A stretch of DNA of 64,000 nucleotides, from assembly GCA_036560145.1 (NCBI GenBank), contig DATBRV010000062.1:108703-172702 (forward strand), in the 5' to 3' direction. The stretch is from Myxococcota bacterium. Its GTDB lineage: Bacteria; Myxococcota_A; UBA9160; SMWR01. Position numbers and translations under genes: made by a program. Of this stretch, positions 17,265-26,026 are shown piece after piece. The notes beneath the pieces were generated by a model. It searched no databases. It was given only the letters and a program-made list of their open reading frames with translations, and was not told where the DNA came from. The first letter of the stretch is position 1. Each line of letters begins with the position of its first letter.

Positions 17265-18200
17265 ATGAGCCTGCTTGTCCGTTCGCTCCTCGCTCGTGCG
17301 TTGATGCTGGCCGGATTGCTGACGGCATGGGCTGCGCCGACAGCGAGCGCCAGCGGGATCTATTGGAGCGCGAACGGAGCGATCGGCCGCGCGAACCTCG
17401 ACGGCACGGGCGCGAACGCGAGCTTCATTCCGGGCGTCAATGCGGGTGAAATCGCCGTCGACGCCACGTCCGTGTACTGGACCAGGAACACTGGCACGAT
17501 CGGCCGCGCGAACCTGGATGGCACGGCGGTGAACCCGAATTTCATCTCGGCGATTCCCGGAGTGAGTGGTGTCGCTGCCGACGGATCACATGTCTACTGG
17601 ATCAGGCCAGGCGGTGAAAGTCCAACGATCGGCCGCGCGAACCTCGATGGCACGGGGATCGTCGAGACCGTCGTCTCCGGGGTCGGCCCAGACGCGTCCG
17701 ACCTTGCCGTGGACGGATCGCACCTCTACTGGGTCAATGCCGGTGTGAGCGGTGTTGCCAGCGCGAATCTCGACGGCACCGGAGTAGACGAGATCGTGAT
17801 CGTTCCGGGTTCTTGCTGCTATTTCAATCAGATTACCGACATCGCCGTCGGTGACTCGGGCCTCTACTATGCCTACGTGGGCGTGCCGGTGCACTACATG
17901 TTTCCGCCCACAGGCGCGATCGAGGGCGGGCGGGGGAGCATCTCCGGGACCGATCTCTCTCCGCGCGGTGTCGCGCTCGACGAGACGTTCGTCTATTGGA
18001 CGAATTTATACCCAGCCTCGGGGATCTGGCGCGCGAACCTCGACTTCTCTGGGGCAACGCTCCTGATCTCGGGCGGATATGGAGATATTGCGGTGTCGCC
18101 CGAGCCCGTGCCCGAGCCCTCCGCGATCCTGCTGCTGATGGCAGGACTGGTGGGGCTTGCGTACCGGCAGAGGCGGCACGCGATGCCTCAATCTGCCTGA
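17265..18200 (+). CDS. PEP-CTERM protein with YWTD-type (LDL-receptor class B-like) beta-propeller repeats
   Basis: GGAGGTGAG Shine-Dalgarno. Signal peptide ...WAAPTASA. Repeated (I/V/L)YW(S/T/I/V)....G.IGRANLDGTG blades. C-terminus SPEPVPEPSAILLLMAGLVGLAYRQRRH. Confidence 0.8.
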   Translation: MSLLVRSLLARALMLAGLLTAWAAPTASASGIYWSANGAIGRANLDGTGANASFIPGVNAGEIAVDATSVYWTRNTGTIGRANLDGTAVNPNFISAIPGVSGVAADGSHVYWIRPGGESPTIGRANLDGTGIVETVVSGVGPDASDLAVDGSHLYWVNAGVSGVASANLDGTGVDEIVIVPGSCCYFNQITDIAVGDSGLYYAYVGVPVHYMFPPTGAIEGGRGSISGTDLSPRGVALDETFVYWTNLYPASGIWRANLDFSGATLLISGGYGDIAVSPEPVPEPSAILLLMAGLVGLAYRQRRHAMPQSA

Positions 18201-18916
18201 TAGACCTTCGATTCCTGGACTCGTGCGCGCAGACGCTGGCGTTCGTCGCGGAACTTCGCGCCCTCGACGCTGATCCACGCCTTCTGGAACTGGGTCCACG
18301 TCAGACCGTCCGCCAGGCCCTTCGGTTCCGGCAGGAAGAGCGTGCCTTCGAAGCCGCTGCCGCATCGCTCGATGGCCTGCTTCGAATCCGCGCCGGCGAG
18401 CCATTCCGCGAAGGCGATGCCGGCGGCGTTCGCGTTCAGATCGGTGAAGCTGAAGCCGGTGCCCGCGCCCTTCTCCTTCCCCTTCGCGTCGGCCACTTCC
18501 TTCTGGATGCCGAGCGACTCGGCCAGCTGCTCTCCGACGAGGAGCGCTAGACCACCGCTCAAGGCGAAATGAACCAGCCAGTCCTCGCGTCCGCGGAGCG
18601 TCGGCTTGCCCATCGCCGCGAGGCGGGACGTGCGGTCGCTCGCCGTCTCCACGTTCTTGAAGATGTCGCCGGAGAACGGATTGCGTGCGAGGGTGTCGGT
18701 GGGATCGAGCGCGTAGGCGAGTGCGTAGACGACTGCCTCGGGCGATTCGCCGGAAGCGCAGGCGCGGCGGACGTAGAAATCGGCGAGTGCATCGCCGGAG
18801 AGGCGCTCCTTCTCGGGTTTCGCGGCGTTCTCCCTGGCGGCCGAACCGATCGCCGTCACGACGATCTGCACGGGCGCGTCGAGCGGCGCGAGGAGGGCCG
18901 CCATGAGGAGTAGCAT
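18188..18916 (-). CDS. hypothetical protein
   Basis: GC3-rich 242-aa ORF 21 nt downstream of 18938..19492 on the same strand. No clear Shine-Dalgarno or canonical signal peptide. Confidence 0.5.
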   Translation of the reverse strand: MLLLMAALLAPLDAPVQIVVTAIGSAARENAAKPEKERLSGDALADFYVRRACASGESPEAVVYALAYALDPTDTLARNPFSGDIFKNVETASDRTSRLAAMGKPTLRGREDWLVHFALSGGLALLVGEQLAESLGIQKEVADAKGKEKGAGTGFSFTDLNANAAGIAFAEWLAGADSKQAIERCGSGFEGTLFLPEPKGLADGLTWTQFQKAWISVEGAKFRDERQRLRARVQESKVYQAD

Positions 18917-18937
18917 GCGGGGCCCGGGCGACGCGAA

Positions 18938-19492
18938 TCACCGCTTCGGGAAGTTGAAGACGGGAAACACCGGTAGGAAGCCGTTCTCGGCCATGTTGAT
19001 GAAGCCGAACTGGAAGCTCTTGATGCGCTTCGTGACGTTGATGAATCCGATCTGGGCCGTCGACGCATTGGACACGTTGACTCCTCCCAGATCCACCAGG
19101 GTCGTTCCGCTGGCGATGGTGACGAAACCCGTGCTGAAGGCGTTCTCGGCGTCGTTCAGCAGGTTGATGAAGGCCCCGTTCACTCCCGAATCGTTGCCGC
19201 TGTGGAAGTTCACGAGGCTGAAGGCGACGCCCGAATCCATGTTGCCGGTCACCCGGCTCACGCCGCCCACCAGGGCCAGGCCCGAGAAGTTGGACGTCTC
19301 GCTCATGGACAGGAGCCCGACGTCGAGACCGTGTGTGCTGCTGTTCTTGCCCCAGAGGAACGAGAGGCGCATGCCGTTCACCTGCGGATCGCTCGGGACA
19401 TTGAGGTTCGGGAGGCCGAGCTGGAACGGGGTGTCGGCGGAAGCCACGCTCGAGAAGAGGGCCAGACACAGGGACAGGATGACTCGCTTCAC
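18938..19492 (-). CDS. secreted G(F/L)(I/V)N-repeat surface protein (LA_2272-like pattern)
   Basis: GTG 19492 lies 5 nt after AAGGAGG. Signal peptide VKRVILSLCLALFSSVASA. Repeats GFINV/GFINM/AFINL. C-terminal GFLPVFPVFNF. Confidence 0.6.
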   Translation of the reverse strand: MKRVILSLCLALFSSVASADTPFQLGLPNLNVPSDPQVNGMRLSFLWGKNSSTHGLDVGLLSMSETSNFSGLALVGGVSRVTGNMDSGVAFSLVNFHSGNDSGVNGAFINLLNDAENAFSTGFVTIASGTTLVDLGGVNVSNASTAQIGFINVTKRIKSFQFGFINMAENGFLPVFPVFNFPKR

Positions 19493-19721
19493 GACGTCCT
19501 CCTTTGCGGGTGGATGAAGTGCGGCCAGACGGGAGCTTACTGCGCCTGCTGCGCGCCGCGAGGCCGCGCCGCCGGTCCCCGTAAGCCGGCAAGTCGCGCG
19601 CATCCGGGGCGGCGGGATGCGCGACGGCCGCCACGCGCGGGCGTGCAGCGATGCTCCCTCGTCACGCATCGCCCCGTCCTGGCTACGTACCCAGGGAGAG
19701 ACCCATGCGAGAGAAGCGCGG

Positions 19722-20075
19722 ATGAAACGCTGGAACGCCGATCTCGAGAGACGGGAGGCCGTGCGCAAGCCGACGCAGGCGCTTCCCTGCGTGGTGTGGG
19801 TCGGCAGCGATCGCTACGAGGGGGTGCTGGAGCAGGTTTCCGCGCAGGCCGTGGTGGTTCGGATGGAAGCGGTCCTCCCCGATTCGCAAGAGGCGAGGCT
19901 GACGTTCTCGACGCGAAACGGGGCGAGCTTCGTGCTGCGTGCGGTTCCGGTGAGGGGGCACCTCGTGCCGCACACGCTGCGAGGCCTGCTGCCCCCATCG
20001 GTCGTCCTGCGCCTGCGCGAGACGACGGCCGCCTACCTGCGTTGGGTGTTCTCGCCGACCCTGGGCGCGTCGTGA
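19722..20075 (+). CDS. PilZ-like domain protein
   Basis: ATG 19722. RREAVR (RxxxR) near the N-terminus and a small beta-rich body. The second PilZ motif is degenerate. Confidence 0.5.
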   Translation: MKRWNADLERREAVRKPTQALPCVVWVGSDRYEGVLEQVSAQAVVVRMEAVLPDSQEARLTFSTRNGASFVLRAVPVRGHLVPHTLRGLLPPSVVLRLRETTAAYLRWVFSPTLGAS

Positions 20076-20113
20076 GCCCCGAGATCGCTCCGCTCGGTCC
20101 CGGGGAGGAGCTG

Positions 20114-20731
20114 ATGGACGCGGATTCCTTCCAGCGCCTCTACACCGGGATCTTCGGCCCGAAGCCCGGATGGCGCGCGGCGCCGCTCGCCGGGGAGAGC
20201 GCCCTCCCCTCGGCGTCGCGGGCTCCCGTGCCCCGACGCGCACCGGACCCTCGGGCGGCTCCGCCGGAAATCGAGCTCGTGCACCGCCTCACCCACCAGC
20301 ACGTGGAGCGCATCGCGGTGAAGCGCGCCCGTGTGCACGCCGACGCGGTTGCGTTCTTCCTCGCGCGGCGCGGCTACATCCAGGCCACCTGCGCTGATCC
20401 CAATCCGCCCCGGGGCCTCGGGCCGATCCCCTGGACCGAGCGACGCTTCGCCCTCACGTCCGTTCTCGAGCAGCAGCAGCCGTATTGCGGCGCGCCCTGG
20501 CGCGACGCGCTCACGAGCCGCATCGTCCGCTCCCTCGGCCGGGAAGGCGTGCAACAGATCGCGCTGGTTCCGATCTCGGTGTACGGACGGCCGGTGGCCT
20601 TCCTCTATGCCGACGCCGGCAGGAGGCCGTTCGCGGCGCGAGGCATCGCGGAGCTCTCCTCGATCTGCTCCGACATCGCCGTCATCTTCGAGCGCATGAT
20701 CGTCGAACGCAAGCGCGACCGGACGAGCTGA
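20114..20731 (+). CDS. hypothetical protein with GAF-like C-terminal region
   Basis: GGGGAGGAG Shine-Dalgarno before ATG 20114; GTG 20072, overlapping the upstream stop, is the alternative. C-terminal IALVPISVYGRPVAFLYAD resembles a GAF beta-strand pattern. Confidence 0.5.
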   Translation: MDADSFQRLYTGIFGPKPGWRAAPLAGESALPSASRAPVPRRAPDPRAAPPEIELVHRLTHQHVERIAVKRARVHADAVAFFLARRGYIQATCADPNPPRGLGPIPWTERRFALTSVLEQQQPYCGAPWRDALTSRIVRSLGREGVQQIALVPISVYGRPVAFLYADAGRRPFAARGIAELSSICSDIAVIFERMIVERKRDRTS

Positions 20732-20949
20732 AACGCCCGAGTCTCCCGCACTGTCGTTGGCTGGTGTCCTCCCGCGGGGCTGGTGGGTGCGACGCTCCTA
20801 CCCACAAACGATCTGCGAGAGGGCGTAGCGCCCCAGTTGGGGAGCTCCCGGCTTCAGCCCCGGAGCGCGACGCTCCGTTGCCTCGGTACGCGACATGCAA
20901 TACGAACGGAAGGATTCTGAAACCCGGCTTCCCGGGTGAGGGGGGCGTG

Positions 20950-22350
20950 ATGCCGATTTCCGGCTGGGCGCCGCGGCTGCCGCTCTCAGCGGCTCTGGCG
21001 CTGGTTCTCGTGGCTCCTCCTCTCGCAGGCGCACAGGCGCCGGTGCCCGAAGGCGGCCAGTTTCAGGTCAACACCTTCACTGCGGGTTACCAGGGAGATC
21101 CCTCGGTAGCGGCCGATGCCGCAGGAGATTTCGTCGTGGTATGGACGAGCAACGGCTCGTCCGGCGGGGATGCGAGCTACTCGAGCACCCAGGCCCAACG
21201 CTATGCCTCGAATGGTTCGACGCTGGGCGCGCAATTCCAGGTCAACACCTACACGACCGGCCTCCAGTACCACACCTCCGTCGCCGCAGATGCCGATGGA
21301 GATTTCGTCGTCGTGTGGCAGAGCTATTCGTTGGCGACTCCAACCCTTCGGATCATCCAGGGCCAGCGCTACGCCTCGAACGGATCGACCCAGGGCACCG
21401 AGTTCCAGGTCAGCGTGTACACGACGACCAGCCCGTGGAATCCCTCCGTAGCGGCGGATGCCGACGGGGACTTCGTCGTGGTGTGGCAGGAGTACCTGCT
21501 TCCGCCCCCGGTCCACCTGGTGATCTTTGGCCGGCGCTACGCATCAAATGGCTCGACCCTGGGCGCCCACTTCCAGGTCAACTCCGATACGACGCGTTCC
21601 TCGCGCGATTCCTCCGTGGCGGTGGATCCCGCCGGAAACTTCGTCGTGGTGTGGCGGAGCAGCGGCTCCTCGGAGACGGACACCAGCAGCTCGAGCATCC
21701 AGGGCCAGCGCTACGCCTCGAACGGGTCGGCACAGGGCGCGCAGTTCCAGGTCAACACCTACACGACGAATGCGCAGGAATCTCCCGCAGTAGCGACGGG
21801 ATTCGACGGGGACTTCGTCGTGGCGTGGCAGAGCAACGGCTCCTCCGGGGCGGACTCCAGCAGCTTCAGCACCCAGGGCCAGCGCTATGCCTCGGACGGG
21901 TCGACGCAGGGCGCGCAGTTCCAGGTCAACACCTACACGACGAATGCGCAGGAATCTCCCGCAGTAGCGACGGGATTCGACGGGGACTTCGTCGTGGCGT
22001 GGCAGAGCAACGGCTCCTCCGGGACGGACTCCAGCAGCTTCAGCACCCAGGGCCAGCGCTATGCCTCGGACGGGTCGACGCAGGGCGAAGAATTCCAGGT
22101 CAACACCTACACGACGCAATCCCAACAGATTCCCTCCGTGGCCTCGGGCGCCGATGGGAACTTCGTCGTGGCCTGGCGCAGCAACGGCTCGCCCGGGACG
22201 GACACCAGCGGCTCCAGCGTCCAGGGTCAGCGCTACAGCGTGCCCGCGACGGAGACCGCCGTGCCGGCGCTGTCCCGCGCAACCCGATTCGCGCTCGCCG
22301 CGGTGCTGCTGCTGCTCGGAGCTCGATGGAGCATGCGGCGTCGCGGGTAG
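20950..22350 (+). CDS. secreted protein with seven 56-58-aa FQVNTYT...DGDFVV(A/V)W repeats and a VPALS-type C-terminal anchor
   Basis: ATG 20950. Signal peptide ...PPLAGAQA. Seven repeats. The tail VPALSRATRFALAAVLLLLGARWSMRRRG is a motif plus hydrophobic helix plus Arg cluster. Confidence 0.8.
   Translation: MPISGWAPRLPLSAALALVLVAPPLAGAQAPVPEGGQFQVNTFTAGYQGDPSVAADAAGDFVVVWTSNGSSGGDASYSSTQAQRYASNGSTLGAQFQVNTYTTGLQYHTSVAADADGDFVVVWQSYSLATPTLRIIQGQRYASNGSTQGTEFQVSVYTTTSPWNPSVAADADGDFVVVWQEYLLPPPVHLVIFGRRYASNGSTLGAHFQVNSDTTRSSRDSSVAVDPAGNFVVVWRSSGSSETDTSSSSIQGQRYASNGSAQGAQFQVNTYTTNAQESPAVATGFDGDFVVAWQSNGSSGADSSSFSTQGQRYASDGSTQGAQFQVNTYTTNAQESPAVATGFDGDFVVAWQSNGSSGTDSSSFSTQGQRYASDGSTQGEEFQVNTYTTQSQQIPSVASGADGNFVVAWRSNGSPGTDTSGSSVQGQRYSVPATETAVPALSRATRFALAAVLLLLGARWSMRRRG
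21703..22050 (+). repeat. two adjacent near-identical 174-bp coding repeats
   Basis: 21703-21876 and 21877-22050 both encode GQRYAS(N/D)GS(A/T)QGAQFQVNTYTTNAQESPAVATGFDGDFVVAWQSNGSSG(A/T)DSSSFSTQ. The DNA differs at only a handful of positions. Confidence 0.85.
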
Positions 22351-22398
22351 CTCGAGCGCGTCGAGCGACTGCGCGGGGCTCGCAGACCAATCCCGCCG

Positions 22399-23256
22399 CT
22401 AGGCGTTCTCTTCCGGGATCGCGAGCAGCGGACAGCCCACGCGGCGCAGCACCCGCTCCGTGGTGCTGCCGCGCAGCGCATCCAGGAAGCCGTGGTGCCC
22501 GGCCGTGGTCATCACCACGAGATCCGCCGGAAGCTCCTCGGCCTGCTTCACGATCTCCTCCAGCGCGTCGCCTTCGCGCTCGAGGCGTTCGAAGCGTACG
22601 GAGGTGTCGCTTGGAATGCGCAGAGCGGGTGCATTGCCCGGCGGGCCGACGTGAAGCAATCCCACGTGCGGCGCGGCGCCGAGCGCCTGCGCCAGCCTGC
22701 CGACCACATCCAGCGCGACCTGCGGCCGCGGTGCGACGTCGACGGGCAGCAGCACCTCGCGCAATCCCACGGTTCCGTCGGCGGCCGAGACGAAGCCGCG
22801 TGCGCCGTGGGGAACGAACAGCGTCATCGCCCCGGCGGCGCGCGCCAGGGGCTCGGCAACCGCCGGATGGAGCCAGCGCGGCAGGCCTTCCCGGCCATGG
22901 GTCGAGAGGACGATCAGCTGGGCGGGGAAATCCGCGAGATAGTCGAGGCTCGCGCGCAGCGGGTCCTTGCCGTGCGCGGCGACCTTCTCCACCTCGATGC
23001 CGAGCGCCGGCACGGCGTGCTTGGGACTCCCCGGCGGCAGCAGGCCCCACCCCGCGAGCATCGACCGCACGCCGGGGAAGGAGCTCCAGGGCACCGCTGC
23101 ATCCTCTGGCGCGACGTGGAAGATCGTGAGCGCCGCCTTCGCCGCGAGCGCCCCACGCAGGGCGTGGGCGAACGCGACCTCGCTCGCTTGCGAGAGATCC
23201 GTCGGATGGAAGACATGGTCGATCCGCAGCGGGCTCTCGTACAGGGCGTCGGTCAT
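22399..23256 (-). CDS. tandem universal stress protein (UspA family)
   Basis: ATG 23256 after AAGGAGG, with an ATGA overlap on the upstream gene. Two USP domains. C-terminal GHHGFLDALRGSTTERVLRRVGCPLLAIP is an ATP-binding type motif. Confidence 0.85.
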   Translation of the reverse strand: MTDALYESPLRIDHVFHPTDLSQASEVAFAHALRGALAAKAALTIFHVAPEDAAVPWSSFPGVRSMLAGWGLLPPGSPKHAVPALGIEVEKVAAHGKDPLRASLDYLADFPAQLIVLSTHGREGLPRWLHPAVAEPLARAAGAMTLFVPHGARGFVSAADGTVGLREVLLPVDVAPRPQVALDVVGRLAQALGAAPHVGLLHVGPPGNAPALRIPSDTSVRFERLEREGDALEEIVKQAEELPADLVVMTTAGHHGFLDALRGSTTERVLRRVGCPLLAIPEENA

Positions 23257-23702
23257 TGGGGCCTCCTTGCCAGCCAGCGCAGCTGGCGCTCCTGCGCGGC
23301 GAGATACAGGCCCATCGCGAAGCCGAAGCTCGTGAACAGGCTCATGGTGAAGTAGATCCAGGTTCGCCGGAGGCCGCGCCGTGGCCCGTCGATCATCGTC
23401 CAGAGCGGGAACAGCGCGACGTTCGTGACGATCAGGTCCTGGGCTCCCGATCCGGCCGCCGGGTTGGTGAACAACATCTGGATGAAGTGGACCCAGCTCT
23501 GCTCCGCGGGGTAGGCCTGCACGTACTGCACGTTGAAATACCAACCCACCCCCACCGATCCGATGGCCAGCAGGTAGTAGAGCCCCTCGAGAAGCGTCAC
23601 GCGGGAGCCCGCCCAGTCGCTCCGGTACAAATGGGCGTTCACGGTGAAGAAGACGCCGATCGTGAGCGCGCCGAGCGCGGCATGGATGAGCAGAGAGGTC
23701 AT
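23253..23702 (-). CDS. small integral membrane protein (DUF2834-like)
   Basis: AGGAGAA Shine-Dalgarno. Four predicted TM helices. Translationally coupled to the USP gene. Confidence 0.65.
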   Translation of the reverse strand: MTSLLIHAALGALTIGVFFTVNAHLYRSDWAGSRVTLLEGLYYLLAIGSVGVGWYFNVQYVQAYPAEQSWVHFIQMLFTNPAAGSGAQDLIVTNVALFPLWTMIDGPRRGLRRTWIYFTMSLFTSFGFAMGLYLAAQERQLRWLARRPQ

Positions 23703-23740
23703 GCAGTGCTTCTCCTGGCGGCTTGTCTCGGGTGGAGAGT

Positions 23741-24604
23741 ATGCTCGACCCGAAAGAGGGACACGAATCGATGCCGGACGAGAACATCCACCGGGTCCGC
23801 GACCAGGTGAAGGGCAGCGAGAGCGATGCCCAGGAGCGCAACCGCCTCTGGTGGGAGCGGCTCCCGATGACCTACGCGAGCTTCGACGCCAGCGAGCGCA
23901 TCCCGGTCACGGCCGAGGACTTCCGCGAGGTCGAGAAACGCCTCCTCGACGGCAACCCCTGGCTGCGCGACGAGTTCGATTTCGCGGCGCTCTCCGGCCA
24001 GCGTGTGCTCGAGATCGGCTGCGGGAGCGGGAGCGCGAGCTGCCTGCTCGCGCGCGCGGGGGCGCAGGTCAGCGCCATCGACCTGACGCAGCAGGCGGTG
24101 ACGCTCACGCGCAAGAACGCGTCGGTCCAGGGCCTCGACTTCGACGTCCGGCAGATGGACGCCGAACGGCTCGAGTTCCCGGCCAACCACTTCGATTTCG
24201 TATTCACCTGGGGCGTGATCCACCACAGCCAGGAGACCGAGCGCATCATCGCCGAGATCCAGCGCGTGCTGCGGCCGGGCGGGCGCGGGATGTGCATGGT
24301 CTACAACAAGCACAGCCTGCGGTACTACGTGCTGGGGCTGTACTACCTGCTGGTCAAGGGAAAGCTCCTGCGCGGCTACGACCTCGATTCGGTCCAGGGC
24401 CTCTTCACGGACGGCTTCTATCAGCGTCACTTCACCCCGCGCGAGCTGGCCGCCGCGTTCCGCAGTGCCGGGCTCGCGCCGACGGCCGTCCACAAGACGC
24501 ACATGGCGGGGCCCATCCTGCCGGGCGTGCCGGCGGCCCTCGACCGGCCGCTCAAGCAGCGCTTCGGCTGGCTGCTCGTGATCGAGTTCGCGAAGCCGGC
24601 GTGA
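23741..24604 (+). CDS. class I SAM-dependent methyltransferase
   Basis: Motif I VLEIGCGSGSAS and post-I DLT. ATG 23741 after GGAGAG; the track start 23723 is a TTG. Confidence 0.85.
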   Translation: MLDPKEGHESMPDENIHRVRDQVKGSESDAQERNRLWWERLPMTYASFDASERIPVTAEDFREVEKRLLDGNPWLRDEFDFAALSGQRVLEIGCGSGSASCLLARAGAQVSAIDLTQQAVTLTRKNASVQGLDFDVRQMDAERLEFPANHFDFVFTWGVIHHSQETERIIAEIQRVLRPGGRGMCMVYNKHSLRYYVLGLYYLLVKGKLLRGYDLDSVQGLFTDGFYQRHFTPRELAAAFRSAGLAPTAVHKTHMAGPILPGVPAALDRPLKQRFGWLLVIEFAKPA

Positions 24605-24687
24605 AGCCCCGCTACCCCTCCCGCGAAAACGCTTGACAACCGCGCGGGCTCCGACGTAATCCTGTTTCCCAGACGAGGAGGCGCGTC

Positions 24688-25071
24688 GTGGCCGTCTCCA
24701 GCCGGCGCCATTTCCTGGCGCAGCTGTTGGGTGTGACAGCGCTTGGTGGCGCGGCGAGCGCATCGGGGCTCGGCCGGGTTCCTCCCCTGCCCCGCCGGGT
24801 GCTCGTCTATCGACTCTCGACCCACCGCCGCCGCACCTGCGGAGCCTGCAAGGCGCACGGGGCGAACCGCTTCTACCAGACCTGGGCCGCCGCGGATGCC
24901 GGGCGCGCGCATCCGGGCTGCAACTGCTCGATCGTGACCCAGCCGCTCCCGCGCGGTCTGGTTGCGCACCTGTTCCGACACTGCGACGTCTTCGACCGCC
25001 GAATCCGGCGCAGGCCGAAGAAGAAGCTGCCGCAGGCGAAGAAGAAGGAGGGACCGAAGAGAGAGCGCTGA
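24688..25071 (+). CDS. small Tat-signal protein with C-x2-C ... C-x-C and polybasic tail
   Basis: GAGGAGG Shine-Dalgarno before GTG 24688. Twin-arginine signal SRRHFLAQLLGVTALGGAASA. Cys motifs CGACKAH...HPGCNC. The tail is RRIRRRPKKKLPQAKKKEGPKRER. Confidence 0.6.
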   Translation: MAVSSRRHFLAQLLGVTALGGAASASGLGRVPPLPRRVLVYRLSTHRRRTCGACKAHGANRFYQTWAAADAGRAHPGCNCSIVTQPLPRGLVAHLFRHCDVFDRRIRRRPKKKLPQAKKKEGPKRER

Positions 25072-25397
25072 GGAAGGGGATTCTCCGGGCCGAGACGAAC
25101 CGACGCGGCGACAACGCGTCGGGGAGGACCGGGCGGCGCGCTTCCAGCGCGTGCGTATCGGGTACCGGTTCGGGAAAGGAGAGGCCGCCGTCGCGTGCCG
25201 CACCGGGGTGGGTCAGTGTGTATGGGTTTCCAGAAGCGAAACCACCTTCCCCTTCCTGAACGCTCTCTGCATCCGACCGGCAACTCAGCCACGGGCGGTG
25301 TCAGCGCCGACGGACGGCACCTCAACCGCCACGCTCGTCCGACCGATGAGAAGACGCGAACGCGCGGATCCACCCATCGATCGGAGGCTGCCTGGCC

Positions 25398-26012
25398 ATG
25401 CTGAGTCGGACCCTGGTTGCGCTCGTCGTCTGGATGGCGGTGGCCTCCTCCGCCCTCGCCGCGGTTCCCTACACCTTCGCCAATGGCCAGCCGGCGGACG
25501 CCACCCAGGTCAACGCCAACTTCAACGCGCTGGTGACGGCCATCGATGCCCTGAACGACCGTGTCGCCGCGCTGGAATCCTCCACCCCCGCCTCCCTGGT
25601 GGGCACCTATGACTACTTCGAGGTCAAGACGGACGTCGATTCCCTCGGCGCCAACAGCTACGGCATCGCGGGCGGCGGGTCCTCCGGGACGGTCGTCCTG
25701 AACGCCGACGGCACGGGCTCCATCAATGTCACCAGTCAATACCGCCAGCTGGTGTTCTCGGATCAGTCGCTGCTGGTCGGGGACGTGGGAAACGGTGGCA
25801 GCGTCAGCATCCACTCGACCGACGTGGGCCAGAACAATTCACCGGAAACGGTCAGCCTCTCGATGACCTGGGCGCTCTCGAACGGAATCCTGACCGTCAC
25901 GACCGGGGACGGCGACACCAGCTTCGCGGTCGCCGGAAAGATCCTGGTCCACGGGATCTCCTCGACGGATGGCGAAGGACACAACGGAATCGCACTGCTC
26001 GTTCGCCGCTGA
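25398..26012 (+). CDS. secreted hypothetical protein
   Basis: GGAGG upstream. Signal peptide ...ASSALAA. N-terminal VPYTFANGQPADATQVNANFNALVTAIDALNDRVAALE is a coiled-coil neck-like segment, followed by a Gly/Ser-rich beta region. Confidence 0.65.
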   Translation: MLSRTLVALVVWMAVASSALAAVPYTFANGQPADATQVNANFNALVTAIDALNDRVAALESSTPASLVGTYDYFEVKTDVDSLGANSYGIAGGGSSGTVVLNADGTGSINVTSQYRQLVFSDQSLLVGDVGNGGSVSIHSTDVGQNNSPETVSLSMTWALSNGILTVTTGDGDTSFAVAGKILVHGISSTDGEGHNGIALLVRR

Positions 26013-26026
26013 TCCGGGGGAAGTCA

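Noticed and set aside
24606-24620. CCCCGCTACCCC as an additional tRNA-fMet att core
   Set aside because: Only a 10-nt match, lying at and just after the stop codon of the methyltransferase gene. There is no associated repeat unit or hairpin, so it is compatible with chance in GC-rich DNA.
25080-25397. A 320-nt untranslated gap upstream of 25398 as a possible riboswitch or sRNA
   Set aside because: I could not recognise any known riboswitch consensus or a convincing conserved stem architecture by eye. It would need a covariance-model scan (Rfam) to decide.
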